Assembly: GCA_965285935.1 (NCBI GenBank)
Contig: OZ260661.1
Location: 111,600,001-111,664,000 of the forward strand
Direction: 5' to 3'
Origin: Ophelia neglecta
Taxonomy: Eukaryota
DNA length: 64,000 bases
The position numbers and the translations under genes were made by a program. This document shows positions 1 through 24,813 of the stretch, piece after piece. The notes below the pieces were generated by a model that had not been told where the DNA came from, searched no databases, and was given only the letters and a program-made list of their open reading frames with translations. Positions within the stretch are counted from its first letter, which is position 1; each line of letters opens with the position of its first letter.

Positions 1-22
1 AATCATACAAAAATCAATTTAC

Positions 23-30
23 CTGCTCAT
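23..30 (-). CDS. First coding nucleotides (Met-Ser-Arg/Ser...) of an unidentified minus-strand gene continuing off the left edge; exon 73..23
   Basis: Minus strand reads ttttacttctttag|ttgcattg...gagcaccATGAGCAG|gtaaatt: polypyrimidine acceptor, strong Kozak (gcaccATG) and GT donor. Only 8 coding nt visible. Confidence 0.5.
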
Positions 31-985
31 GGTGCTCTTCAAATCTAACTTTTTCTGTTTTCTTACAATGCAACTAAAGAAGTAAAAACAGTATTTATCA
101 TTTATAATAAACTAAACATGTAAAAACAGCATTAACAATACAATTTTACCCCAACTGCAGGCCAGCAAAGCCCGAAAATCCTGTACTCAGGAGGCAGTCA
201 ACCAGACCTAGAATGTCCCCTGCTCTTCTTCAACATCTAAAAACTCCCTTCCATATTCGGTATAGGGCTATATATATTTTTTTTGGGGGGGGGGGGGGGG
301 GAATATTTATCAAAATGGATATACAGTGCTGCAGACCAGCCAGAGATACTTAGGGGCCAATCTGGGCCAAGAGCAATTTTCAGGGGCCCACGAAATAATA
401 TTCAACATTGTATTTCTTACAAAAAGAATTGGTAGACAGCATTTAGGACTTTTTACCCAATGACTCAACTCAAGGCAAAATTGCCAAAATTGATGACTTC
501 GCCAGAAGCTGTTGGAAAGCTGGAAAAGTATCCAATGAGACCAGGCCCATGTCAAGCAGCGCAAAGCACACACCAGAACCTCAGAAGTTCAATTCAGCCT
601 GGGATTTACTCCAGAATTTGCCTTAGCATTTTCCCATAATGAAGATATTTGCCTAGAGGGTGTGAGACCAGCGGCAGATTGCACAGAGACCAGAAAATCA
701 CAACCTTAAAGGGTGAGACTTGCGGGTTAGCCCGTCCAACACAACCAAAAACTGCACCGATTGGCAATGAATGGATGAGTGTCAAGGGTGTTACCACAGT
801 GATTTATAATAAGGCCATTTAATTATACAAGGAGACATGGGTGAGATGACTCAAGCAGAACAACTGGTTCTTTTTTATGCTAGTGAACCATCTAGGTGAT
901 ATGGGACTTGAATGATAAAAGTGAGTGCAAAAAATTATCACCAACTTGTTGCTACTCACCAAAGGAAATGTCAGTGTTCAAAGTT

Positions 986-2103
986 CGGTGGGGTTAGCTA
1001 ATCAATGGTATGTGGGAACGTGCCACTTACAAGGGTGGATTATAGTGCATGGCATTTTTTTGGCAAACCCTTATATACCGGTACATTGTATGTATGCAAA
1101 GGATCCTTTCTGTCAAACCCTTATATTGGTGTGTCCTTTTGGCAAATCATTACATGGGTGGGTGCTCCTTCTGCAAACCTCTACATAGGTAAATTATCAA
1201 GAGCTAGGATTTTCATTTTTGGGTACATATCAGGGACTGGCACGATTCCGAGGTGACGATTTCGATTGCGATTTCGAAAATCGTGGAATCGGACGATTTC
1301 GATTCTTTTAGATTTCATAGATCGGCGATTTCAATTACGATTTCGATTCCACCACAACGATTTCGATTACGATTTCGATTGCACAACAATATAGTGACAA
1401 CAGATCCTCGACAATACCCGAGACTGGGCGATTGCAATTGTGCCATTGTCACCCAATTGAAGCACACATGTCAAAGGGAATTCCCCCACACATGAAAGCG
1501 TGATGTCATTTCAAGTAGTGTACACTACAATGTGAGGGCAAATGGCGGCGGCAAAACCATCATGGCGGCCGGCGTAATACTAACATGTTCGTCCTTTTGG
1601 CCCGTGATTCCTTCGTATTCGGCGTAAATGAACTAAACTTCTTAGCATAAAAGATATTTTTAGGTAATTGGGTCGAATTTGCACCGGTGGACCGGCCGAT
1701 AAGACGGGAATTTAGTATAGTAGAGTGGATAATCTGTTGAAATCGCACTTGAATGCGTTTGGAATCGTCTGCTGTGGCGATTTCATATGAACTATTTCGA
1801 TTGCGATTTTAAATTTAATTATCAAATGAAATCGCCTGAAATCGCCTGAAATCGTTTGATGTGACGATTTCAGATGGACGATTTCGAATACGATTTCAAT
1901 TTCAGTGACGATTTCAGATGGACGATTTCGATTTCGATTGTGGAAATACGATTTCATTTCGATTACGATTTCGATTTCAAATCGAAATCGTGCCGGTCCC
2001 TGGTACATATTTATAAGTATGATTTACATGCATGGGTTGGGCATTCAGAACCTTATTCCAACTTCCCAGTCTGAGTAAAATTGAGCTAACCCCCCCCCCC
2101 CCC
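986..2103. mobile_element. Older non-autonomous DNA element with G-run/C-run ends, split by the nested hAT MITE
   Basis: Left ggggttagctaat (990-1002) vs reverse complement of right end ggggttagctcaat (2080-2093); diverged ggcaaaccctta-like subterminal repeats at 1058-1190. Boundaries approximate. Confidence 0.45.
1231..2002. mobile_element. Non-autonomous hAT-type element (MITE) with CGATTT subterminal arrays
   Basis: TIRs cagggactggcacgatt / aatcgtgccggtccctg; perfect 8-bp TSD gtacatat (1223-1230, 2003-2010); dense cgattt hexamer repeats at both ends. Confidence 0.9.
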
Positions 2104-2299
2104 AAAGATGTTTTTCTGCCACACGAGTACATCTTGGAAGGCATTGACTCTCAAATGATAGAAACGCTATTTTCCTCATAATTATCCCTTTCCTATTAGG
2201 GACCCCATCAAATGCTAGATTCAATGCTGAGAAAGCAGTTATGGATGAATGGTGCTTGATGTGGCGTTTTGCTTTTCACCAAAATAAATCAGAGCAAAT

Positions 2300-3445
2300 G
2301 CGGACCCCCTTGCTGTATCAAAAGATATGGTTTTAAAGAAATGGAAATCACTTAAGATTGACAAATCCCCAGGTCCAGATGGATTCGATACAAAAATTCT
2401 CAGGGATGTGTTAGATGAGGTAGCTGGCCTTGTCTGTTATCATGAGTGGATGTCTTATGTAGGGCAAGGCACCACATTACATTAAAGAAAGGTGGCAAGC
2501 CAAAACCTGGAAATTACCGCCCAGTCAGCCAGACAAGCATCATGTGCAAGATGACTGAGTTGGCAGTGAGGGATTGTATTCTGAACCATGTAATGAAAAA
2601 CTATTTCCTCACTAGTTGTCAACATTGATTTGTATCGTCTAGGTCATGTTCAACCGACCTCCTGGGGGTTCTGGATACTGAGGCACTTGTCACGGGTATC
2701 AATGTTGATGCTATCTATCTTGATTTTGTAAAAGCTTTTGACACAGTTCCCCATGAACATTTCCAGGGGGGCTAGTCCTGTGTTATTGAGGGGAGCCTTC
2801 CCAGATGGGACACAGGTTCTAAGTGGTGTCCCACAGGGACGTGTTCTGAGACCTTTGCTTTTTTCTAGCAGAAATAAAATATTTGCCTGAGGGGGTTTAC
2901 ACGTTTGCAGAAATCTTTGCTGATAACACAAAGGTGTTCACTGCAAAAAACTAAGAAGCAAATTGCAACTTACTTCAGGCTGATCTTGACAAATTGGTGG
3001 TGGAGTGGGCTGCCACAGGGCAACTCCAATGTTACACAGGCAAATGCAAGGTGCTACACTTTGGACGCAGCAACCCTGGTTATAGCTTCCTTATGACAGA
3101 CAAATTCCACGGTGACCTTGAATTGATGTTTGCTATACCATGTTGAGATTTAAGTGAACAAGGCCAATAAGATACTTAAAGGAGATTTTTTGAGTTTCTG
3201 AATGAGGATGCATTAAGACAGCTGTTTGTGTCACTGGTGCGCCCCCACCCTGAGTACTGCAAGGAAGTATGTCACCCAAGATTTATTAAGGATGGGCTTA
3301 TATAATGGAGAGAGTATTGTGTAGAGCAAAAGAAAATGGTCGACTCAATTAGCAAACTACCTTACAGGTCAAGACTGCACATTGAAACTACCTAGTAGGG
3401 TGTAGCATAGGGTATGTGGGGACATGATTGAGGTCTACAAGAACA
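2300..3445 (+). mobile_element. Degenerate CR1-type LINE ORF2 (reverse transcriptase) fragment
   Basis: Frameshifted motifs KSPGPDG, PGNYRPVSQTSIMCK, DAIYLDFVKAFDTVPH, SGVPQG, KCKVLHFG, LVRPHPEYC, GDMIEVYK. Confidence 0.85.
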
Positions 3446-3954
3446 ATCTTGGCTTAGGCTATACATGTAAAAGTTCGGCTTTTACCACCGGGACCAGATG
3501 TCAGCACAGCTCTGTGGTCCCAAGTTAACATATCAAAGCCAACCAATATGACATTTGAAATGGATCCAAGAACTAAGAAACTTAGAGATACAGAGATATA
3601 TATGTTCTCGTGTTTGCTTTTGATATAGGCGGGTTTAAAGGTAAATGGTCTTATGAACACATATCAGTATCAAATGCAGCGGTTAAACCATCGCCTGGCA
3701 CTAGGTTTAACCAGTGTTCGGCTGCCGCTGTCTTGTCTATAGCCGACTGATGGGAAAAGTCTGCTACGAAAGTTCATCATCTCACCCATCCACATCACTT
3801 TTGACTTGCACTTTGTTCCGTAAAAGAGAGTTAATTATGCACATAAGAAGGTTTATGTGAATCATTGACAGTTGAAATGATACCACAGTTAAGATATTAA
3901 ACCAAAGATTCGTGTTACACAAAATAAACAAGTAAACGGGCATACATGTTTTAC

Positions 3955-4300
3955 CCGCGGAAGAAAACAGTCCGACATGTGCTAGGTTGTCTTGCCTGCG
4001 CGCGCAGGGAAATTACTGATTTCCCAATTTTCCAAATGTTGGTATGAGCAGCGGCTAGATCATGACCATATGGCTCGGTTTCAAAAATAAATATCAAAAC
4101 AGGCCATTTAAGTTTCAACAATGATAATAACTTATTTTATCTTTATATATCGTTAAATATCGCCCTGTGGTCACATGATCCAAGGTTTACATTCGCCATT
4201 TTGTTTTGTTGGCAGTCCGCTGTGTTTATTGAGCTGTCAACCGTTGTTTTTCTGTGGCTTCGTGCTTAAGTTAACCATTAACGTTTATGAAGGTGTGTAT
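3955..4300. promoter_or_regulatory. Probable bidirectional promoter with non-coding first exons (CCDC186 on +, unidentified gene on -)
   Basis: Locally CpG-richer; palindrome cctgcgcgcgcagg (3995-4008, NRF1-like); YY1-type CGCCATTTT (4194-4202); candidate donors: minus cgg|gtaaaa at 3954, plus aag|gtgtgt at 4293. Confidence 0.45.
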
Positions 4301-4996
4301 GATTTAAACAAAAATGATTCAGTGCATAGTTCATCGTTGTGGTCACCCAATTTATTGAATTATTTGAAGCGTCCATATTGATAAAACTTGCAACCCGTAT
4401 TCATATCCAGAACGCATATACATGTATATTGGGGCTAGTATTCATGTATTAAAATCTACATCATACGTAGCCCCTAGTCCAATGTCATGTTCGTAAAGTC
4501 AGGCATGGTGCTCAGCCACTTACAAACGCGAGTGACGGTCTCCGTTGTCCAGCGCTCGGTGAAGTTGCCCACGTTGAGTTGGTAATTTTTCTATGGTATA
4601 AGAGCTAATAAGAATTACTCTGTAAGCAGTTAACTCAACCAAAATTAAATATGTTTTCACCTGTCATGTACATTTTGTCACAAAGAATCTAAATCACATA
4701 ACATTCCCCTTTTATTTAATATTTATAGTTAAGATGCAGTCTCGCGCTGAGAATGCTAATATTGACATATAACCAGTGCCGAGTCTGTGGTGTTTTACCT
4801 AGTTAAGTAGTAAAAAACCAGCCGTGATGACATTAGCCCTACTACAAGAGTAGGTAGGGCTCCAAATAATTCTCCCCTGTCTTCTGGAATCGGTCACTGT
4901 TAGATTGCGATCTGCTGGATTGTTTTTGGCTTTGTAATTTAAATCACATGAAAAAAGGTTACATGACTTTAAATAGTGGGCAATCTACTGTTTGCA

Positions 4997-5512
4997 CGGT
5001 CCCGGGCCAACTCGTGCGGGTGCCAACTGGCACAACGTTCTATGCCAACTCGCGCGGCAGGCAACTCGCGCGGGCTTGTTTTAATATAACGTTAGTTTAG
5101 TTTGTTTGACATGTTGACAAGACATCCATAACTCCCATTATGATTTGTAAATATGAAAGGATTAAATAGAAACCATTACTCGCCCCTAAACGTAGTCACC
5201 CTTTATTCAAGTCGGCCTGTTAGCCGACGAAGCCCTATAATGACTAGCGAACTCGCCTTCGAGTGCCATACGTAGTCGCCCTACATATTATATCTGAGTT
5301 TAGAAAGCACTGTGAAATGGGAATGAGCAATAATATATATATTTAATTAAGATCTCGCGATCTATCTGGCAGTAAAATGAGCACAAGTTAGTTTTTACGC
5401 CCTCGACGACCACGGCAATGTAGTTAACCATCCAACACAATAACTGTGAAATTTACCTCGTGCGACTTGGCACCCGTGCGAGTTAGCACCCGCGCCAGTT
5501 GACTGGACACCG
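4997..5512. mobile_element. Non-autonomous DNA transposon with CGG..CCG ends and 6-bp TSD
   Basis: Imperfect TIRs cggtcccgggccaactcgtgcgggtgc / gcacccgcgccagttgactggacaccg; repeated caactcgcgcgg units; TSD tttgca at 4991-4996 and 5513-5518. Confidence 0.75.
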
Positions 5513-5829
5513 TTTGCACAGATGGGCGACCTCATCGCTTCTGGTTTGTTACTACTATAGGTGTCCTCTATGAAAACCGCTGGCTTAGCACTGTCAATGT
5601 CAACTTAGCAATGTTATTGGTCGACAACTTCAAAAAATTTGATAGATTTTTGTCTTACTTAAGGCCAAATGTACTTAACCCTTTTGAGAAGGAGATTTGA
5701 CTGGTTCCATGAAATATCACATATAAATTTGAAATGGATAAAAAGCCCACTGAGTTCATGCATGGAACTTTAAGTTAAGGTAGAAGATGAGTTGATGTGT
5801 TGGCTGGGGCTGCTAGGCTAGGTAGTAAT

Positions 5830-6270
5830 TTAACATTACATTTTTGTTATGAGAAAATGCAACTGAATCGAATACTGTAATTTTTGTCATCCTAAGTAAT
5901 GGAAGTTCTGCATTTAGAAATTACTCCCTGTCAATTGGCCCTGCCAACAATCACAAACACTAAATGACCCACATGGTGTCTATGTGTCGTTAAGCCCCAA
6001 AAATCCAAATCCAGCCAACAATCACAAAGAACAGTGCTCCTAGAACAAACCCTGTGGTACCCTTTGTGATTGCTCTCTGCTTAGAAAACACTTAGACAAC
6101 CACTATCTGTTCCTTGTGGCTTGAATAACCCTCTATTCAGTCCAAATAATCGACCCTTGAAGCAAACGCCTGTGAGACACCTTGTCCGTCATAAAGTCAT
6201 GTAGTTTGGGACCTCTACAATGTCACCAGAGTCCAACATTTTCGTCCAGGCATCAATCACAAAAATGCCA
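5830..6270 (-). mobile_element. Degenerate CR1-type LINE RT fragment
   Basis: Minus strand gives DAWTKMLDSGDIV, DKVSHRRLL, VPQGFVLGALFFVI in shifting frames. Confidence 0.6.
5958..6013 (+). mobile_element. Very short 5'-truncated retroposon 3' tail with CCAAAT-type end
   Basis: Flanked by 15-bp TSD gccaacaatcacaaa (5943-5957, 6014-6028); similar to the copy at 41633-41702. Confidence 0.75.
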
Positions 6271-6719
6271 AAACAACTCGGTTCCCTAAGAATTCTAATA
6301 TTAAACATAAATTTATTATCTGTTGATGGAAACTTTTTATCATCAGATTTCCAGCCTCTTATTCAGTGTCCATGTATACCAGTATCTTTAGCAATTGGTA
6401 TAACTTTTCCCCTCGCCTCGGCCAGAATATCCCGGCCTGGGTTATGCACAAAGAAGACACAGGATAGATAAGTTTCACTTTTATGGTGCATGGTGCCTCA
6501 GCTTGAATACTGAATCTAATATTCATAAAGTCAGTGTTAAAATTACATTTGTATAATTTGATATGGCAGTGTTCATGAAGTCTGTGTAAAAATTATCATT
6601 TTATAATTTTATTTGGCACTAAGTACAATATTGTAAACACTTTGATTATTAATTTCAAATTGTCCCATTGTTATTCAGATGGAAAATGACTAATTTCTTC
6701 ATGATAGTAAAGACACAAG

Positions 6720-19915
<13,196 letters not shown>

Positions 19916-21049
19916 TCTCCTAGGGAGGCAGAGCTACAGGAGAAAAGTAAAGATACACATCTCGTGGAAATGATGCCTGAACGTAAAAGATTAGTTTCAG
20001 GTGGAGGTCCTGGGGTTGCAAGGAGAGATAATTTAGTAACCTGGAAAGAGTTAGTACTGAAACGAAAATATTCACACCATGGGGGGAAGGGGGGAGGGGA
20101 TAGGGGTGCTACAGGGGAAATAATAAAGCCCCCAAGGAGATGGGAATAAAGCTATATGTTTGAAATGGTATATTCAACTGGTGAATGGATAGCTAAACTG
20201 AAGGGACCTGATGGTCCCTGTGGTAGTGGAGATTGGGAGGAGGGGGGGGGGGGATAAAAGGGAATGTTGTCCTTGAAGGAAAGCAGATAGCCTGCCAGGG
20301 ATATGAGAACAGGGAGGGGGGATTGGGGGAGGGGAGCATAAGAGGCGCTGCTTCCTTGAGATAGGAAAGACTGCATTCTGGTCACTGTGTTACTGATGTT
20401 ATACTGTCTACTGGAAGGATAAAAATAAGCCTATATTTATATACACATTCCGAACATGCTACAGAAAATAATCTCAATAAAACAATACTAATTTATCAGT
20501 GATACCAACTGATGACTGGTTCATTGAATCTGGTATCAACCAATAAAGTGAATTATTTGTCTTACGCCTCAATTTCTCACATATTCCATGCCCTGTAAGA
20601 TAAATCAACACCTGATTAGTTAATTATAATGTACATGTAGTTTCTTTAGTTAGTATAAGATATGAATAAGCCTTGACTTCTTTCTCCAATGTATGTGATA
20701 TGGTTCAAATGACAGGCCAGTATTAAAGAAATCCAGACAGAAATTTTCAATTCCATTTTCTATGTTTGTGTTTAATAATGGATGGCCATTTCTTATACCA
20801 GGTAAACAGAGCAGTGGTTTTCATAGGGATGACTCTGAACATTGCCAGCTATTAAATTTCTCCAATTCTTTCTCACTGAAATGGAACAAATAATGTCAGT
20901 CAGAAAGAAACTCATTTATTTAACATGATTACACATGGCAGCACCTATTTTATTCTTTGATAAATATGACTGGTGTACATTTCAACCATGAATAGCTCTG
21001 GTGTCAGTCCAAGCATGTTTTAAATTAATCAAACAACTCTGATCAACTA

Positions 21050-21227
21050 CAGTGGTCCCTGCGATGTAAGGCCACCCCTATATCCAAGGAAAAGTGGCCC
21101 TACATTGCAGGTGGCCCTTCAACGGAGGTACTTTAACATGGTAAAGATAGGACATGGGAATTCAAAAACTGACCTGCCATCGCAGGTGGCCCTTCATTGG
21201 AGGGGCCCTACATTGCAGGGACCACTG
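21050..21227. mobile_element. Tc1/mariner (pogo/Tigger-like) MITE
   Basis: TIRs cagtggtccctgcgatgtaaggcc / ggccctacattgcagggaccactg, TA on both flanks. Confidence 0.9.
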
Positions 21228-21534
21228 TACTATCTAAATTGGAATGTACAATTTATCATTTAGCTTCAAAGTTAGTTTCACCAGAGATGTGATATACTTG
21301 TCTCTGCTTTCACCACTACACTGACCTTTCTGAAAGATTTACATGTTATAAAGGTATACATTCCAATGTCTGTGTCAGGTTTGTTATATTAAATTAAAAT
21401 TAATGAGCTTTAAATGTAATTTGGATCAGCATTGGTCACAAAGAATGAAGTGAACTGAATGGTAAATGGCACTGCAACATTTCATTTTCTCAAAAGGTGT
21501 TAGATTGGCTGAGTATGCCTGCATGAGCCAGTTA

Positions 21535-21756
21535 CCGTATTTGTTCTAGTAGAAGACTCACATTTTTCATATTTCAAGTGTAGAAAATAAGAAACTTTAG
21601 TGGTAAACTTGGGGATGAGTTTTTTATTGAGATAAAAAAAATTCCTTTATAGAATTTTTTAATATAAAAATCCAATTAAAATCAATGGCACAACCTTTTT
21701 TCTTAAAATTGGGGCATCTTTAATTAGAGATGTGTCTTCTATTAGATCATTTACAG
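21535..21756. mobile_element. Degenerate Tigger-like MITE
   Basis: ccgtatttgttctagtagaagactca vs reverse complement of right end ctgtaaatgatctaatagaagacaca; TA flanks. Confidence 0.7.
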
Positions 21757-23039
21757 TAACACTCACCAGCGTATTAAGTTATGCTTTAACTTTCATTTAT
21801 TAAATGTGTTCAGACTTGTATCTGTTATATTAATGTGTGAATTGTGAAAGGCCATGATTATAGTCAGTTTTGTTCTTATTAGCACAGTCAATTGATATTT
21901 TTTATGATTAAATCCTCTTTAATATAAGCCCATGATGTTAATTTGAACTGGTTCAAACCCTTAGTACATATCATTCTCATTTTATGTGAGTAGTTATTGA
22001 TTATAGCCATCGTTATGTATTTATGTATGTTAGGATAATTATTAATATGCATGATAAATGGGATAGAAGTAAATCTGTGTGGAAGATTTTGAGCATTCAT
22101 TCGTTTAATTGATAAACACTTTTTCAACCTGGATATTAGTAGGCTCTAAGTGTGAATTATTATAAATGTGTATATTTGGTATACATTCCAACTAAACTGC
22201 CCAAGCTACATAGGTGCACAATGAGGCAAATTCACTTTTGTATGATATTGTGTGCATGTCTATTTGACACGATAATTGGCTGTCCTTGGCACGTGATTAA
22301 GTTTTACAATACTGGAAAAATATTCAACCGAATCTGTTATTAGTACAAAGTACATGTTAATGTATATGCTTGCTGCGAGCCCTGTGACATCATTTACATG
22401 GAAATGGAAATCAACACATGCCTAAACTGATAGTATCATCCAGGCATCAACACAATAATGTTAAACAAAATATGTTTGCATTTTTTGCCACTGCCCAGAA
22501 TTAGCGACAGTTTTCAGAATAAAAATAAAGCATTAAGAAAGGTTGGTCATTTGAGGTCATTCAACATTGAAGGCCAATCTGCAAACATGTCATTTGCTAA
22601 AATTTTGGCTAATTCAGAAATTACAAACTTTTCCTGTCATGCACATATCTATATTTACAGAAATGATTCATATGTTGCAGGGAATTTCTGAGTGGTCATT
22701 CTGCAATAAATTGGGGGATCATCCTGAGAATAATTTTGATTGTAGGTTTGCAATGTTTGTGTGAATCTATTTAATTGATGTATGATCATATTTTATTCCT
22801 AGGTAGGGTCAAATATCCTTAAAATGGTCTCTCACCCTAATGTGGCAATCCTGCTGTAGGGAGGTATCTCTCTCCTTGTTCTTCTTTTAGAAAATTTCCT
22901 TGAAGTGTCATGTGGTTTATGTGACTGCAAATTTTGGCCTAAAGAGTTATTGTAGAAAATGTACTGTGTTGTGGGAAAGTTGTGATATATTTGAACAAAT
23001 GAAATGCACATGTAATTACTTTGTGGTTTGCCATATTAA

Positions 23040-24813
23040 GGGTATACCGAACCCCTACTGGATGTTAAATTTCATAATTGGGTGATTTTTGAAAATGTAC
23101 TGTTTTAGATAGACCTTGATCTGCTCTATCCATTGGTGTGTTTATTTTCATTCTTAGCATTTTATATTTTACTCAAAAAAGGATTTTTATTCATACCCAT
23201 CAGCTAATTGTTTGTTTACAAACAAGACATGTTATGGTATTGTTAGCCACATGACCATAGTGATCAGCCATGCATGACCAAGCATTAGGCAATGGCAATT
23301 AGGCTCCTCCCCACTTTCACTGGATCACTGGTAGTTGTGATAAACTGAATAATATGACAGGTGGGATACCTGTACATAATATGTTAGTGTGCCCAAGAAA
23401 TCACTAATAGAACTCATGTAAAATGGCTCCAAGGAAGAGGCTGTGTCCGAATTTTCATATGACAATAAACTTGTCAATAATAGTATATAATAGGTCTACA
23501 GAATGTATAGCAAGCTTTGACATAGAGCCCGATGAAAACGACGACAAATACAGATAATTGCGCTTCATGTACATGTAGTCTACGTGCTTTATTATAGAGC
23601 GTGTGTCAGAAGGCATGTAGGCCTACATGTATGTGAGCGATAAAACGTGAAACAAACGTTCCTAACTTACTAGATGTATATTTATCGCCGAGAATTTCAC
23701 TATATCAAATTCAACAGAGGCTAATCCATTACTACAGGCACAGACCAGAGTTTATCCCACATTTGGCCGCAATCTAATTACAAATGTTTGAAAAGGGTCT
23801 CTTTTTCCGTCCCATCCTTTAGGAATATCCCACCATCCACAGTTACTTTGCATATGAAGTACACGGTATTTGCAATAATCAATCGATGTCTGATGATGCA
23901 TGATTTATATTTGACAAAGTCGCTAAACTTATATAAACAGATGATCTGTCTGATACCACTAATCTCCCCTACTTGACTCCGCCCATAAGGCTGAGGGCTG
24001 ACGCGACGGCATCACAGCCAATTAAAATGTGTCCGTGTGGCTCACCACGTGGAACTGAACGAGTGACATTTCAACCGACTAAAACTCACCGACTAAACTC
24101 TCAAAATTACGCTTTTGATTGGAAGAAAGTAAATGACAGTTTGTGGGATTGTAGGGGACAATACTGCCCTAGTGGCTAGTGAAAAGGTGAGAATGCATCA
24201 AGCCAAATCCTGGCGTCCAAGTGAGAAAAACAGTGTCCCGGCGCCTTCTTTGTTGATTAGCCGCGAAGATGAGTTGGTGTAAATTGCAAGCTATTCATCA
24301 TTTTCAAACAACGTTGGCCTCGTCAAACTTTAACCGAATTAAAATCCGCAAACGGTAACTTGTCAACAAGAGTTAGATCTAGTAAACGGTCATTCAGATT
24401 TTTTATAAGATTTTCCATCAATTAGTAATCAATCGCCAAAGTTGAAATAGCCAATAATGAGTACTATATTAGATGACTAGTTACAAAGCCTATTTAAATC
24501 ACTGGTTAGGAGAGGAATTTTGAAAATCTGAATGACCGTTTACTAGTTTACACTCTTAGGAACACATTGGCACAACTGTCACACTTGTAAATAATGTCAG
24601 TGGTTCATGGCAACCTTTGAAAAAAATACCTATATTTTCTGACAAAAAGTGCTACAAAGTCACAATTTTCAATTATTTTTTCAGAAATTTCCACTCATAG
24701 GCCTTATGGTACCTAGTGGGCACTATATATTATGAAAAATTTGTTGTATATATTGTAATCGTCGACAAAAATCAATTATAACACTTTACATCAACTAGGG
24801 GTTCGGTATACCC
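23040..24813. mobile_element. Non-autonomous DNA transposon with TTAA TSD and GG..CC ends (Kolobok-like)
   Basis: TIR gggtataccgaacccctactggatgt / acatcaactaggggttcggtataccc (first 18 bp perfect); TTAA at 23036-23039 and 24814-24817; no transposase ORF. Confidence 0.85.
24368..24557. repeat. Internal 35-bp inverted repeat (nested MITE or internal palindrome)
   Basis: aagagttagatctagtaaacggtcattcagatttt / aaaatctgaatgaccgtttactagtttacactctt. Confidence 0.8.

Noticed and set aside
1253-2074. ORFs rich in FRFR/IEIV/DFD (1253..1495, 1712..2008, 1874..2074)
   Set aside because: Translations of the CGATTT arrays of the hAT MITE.
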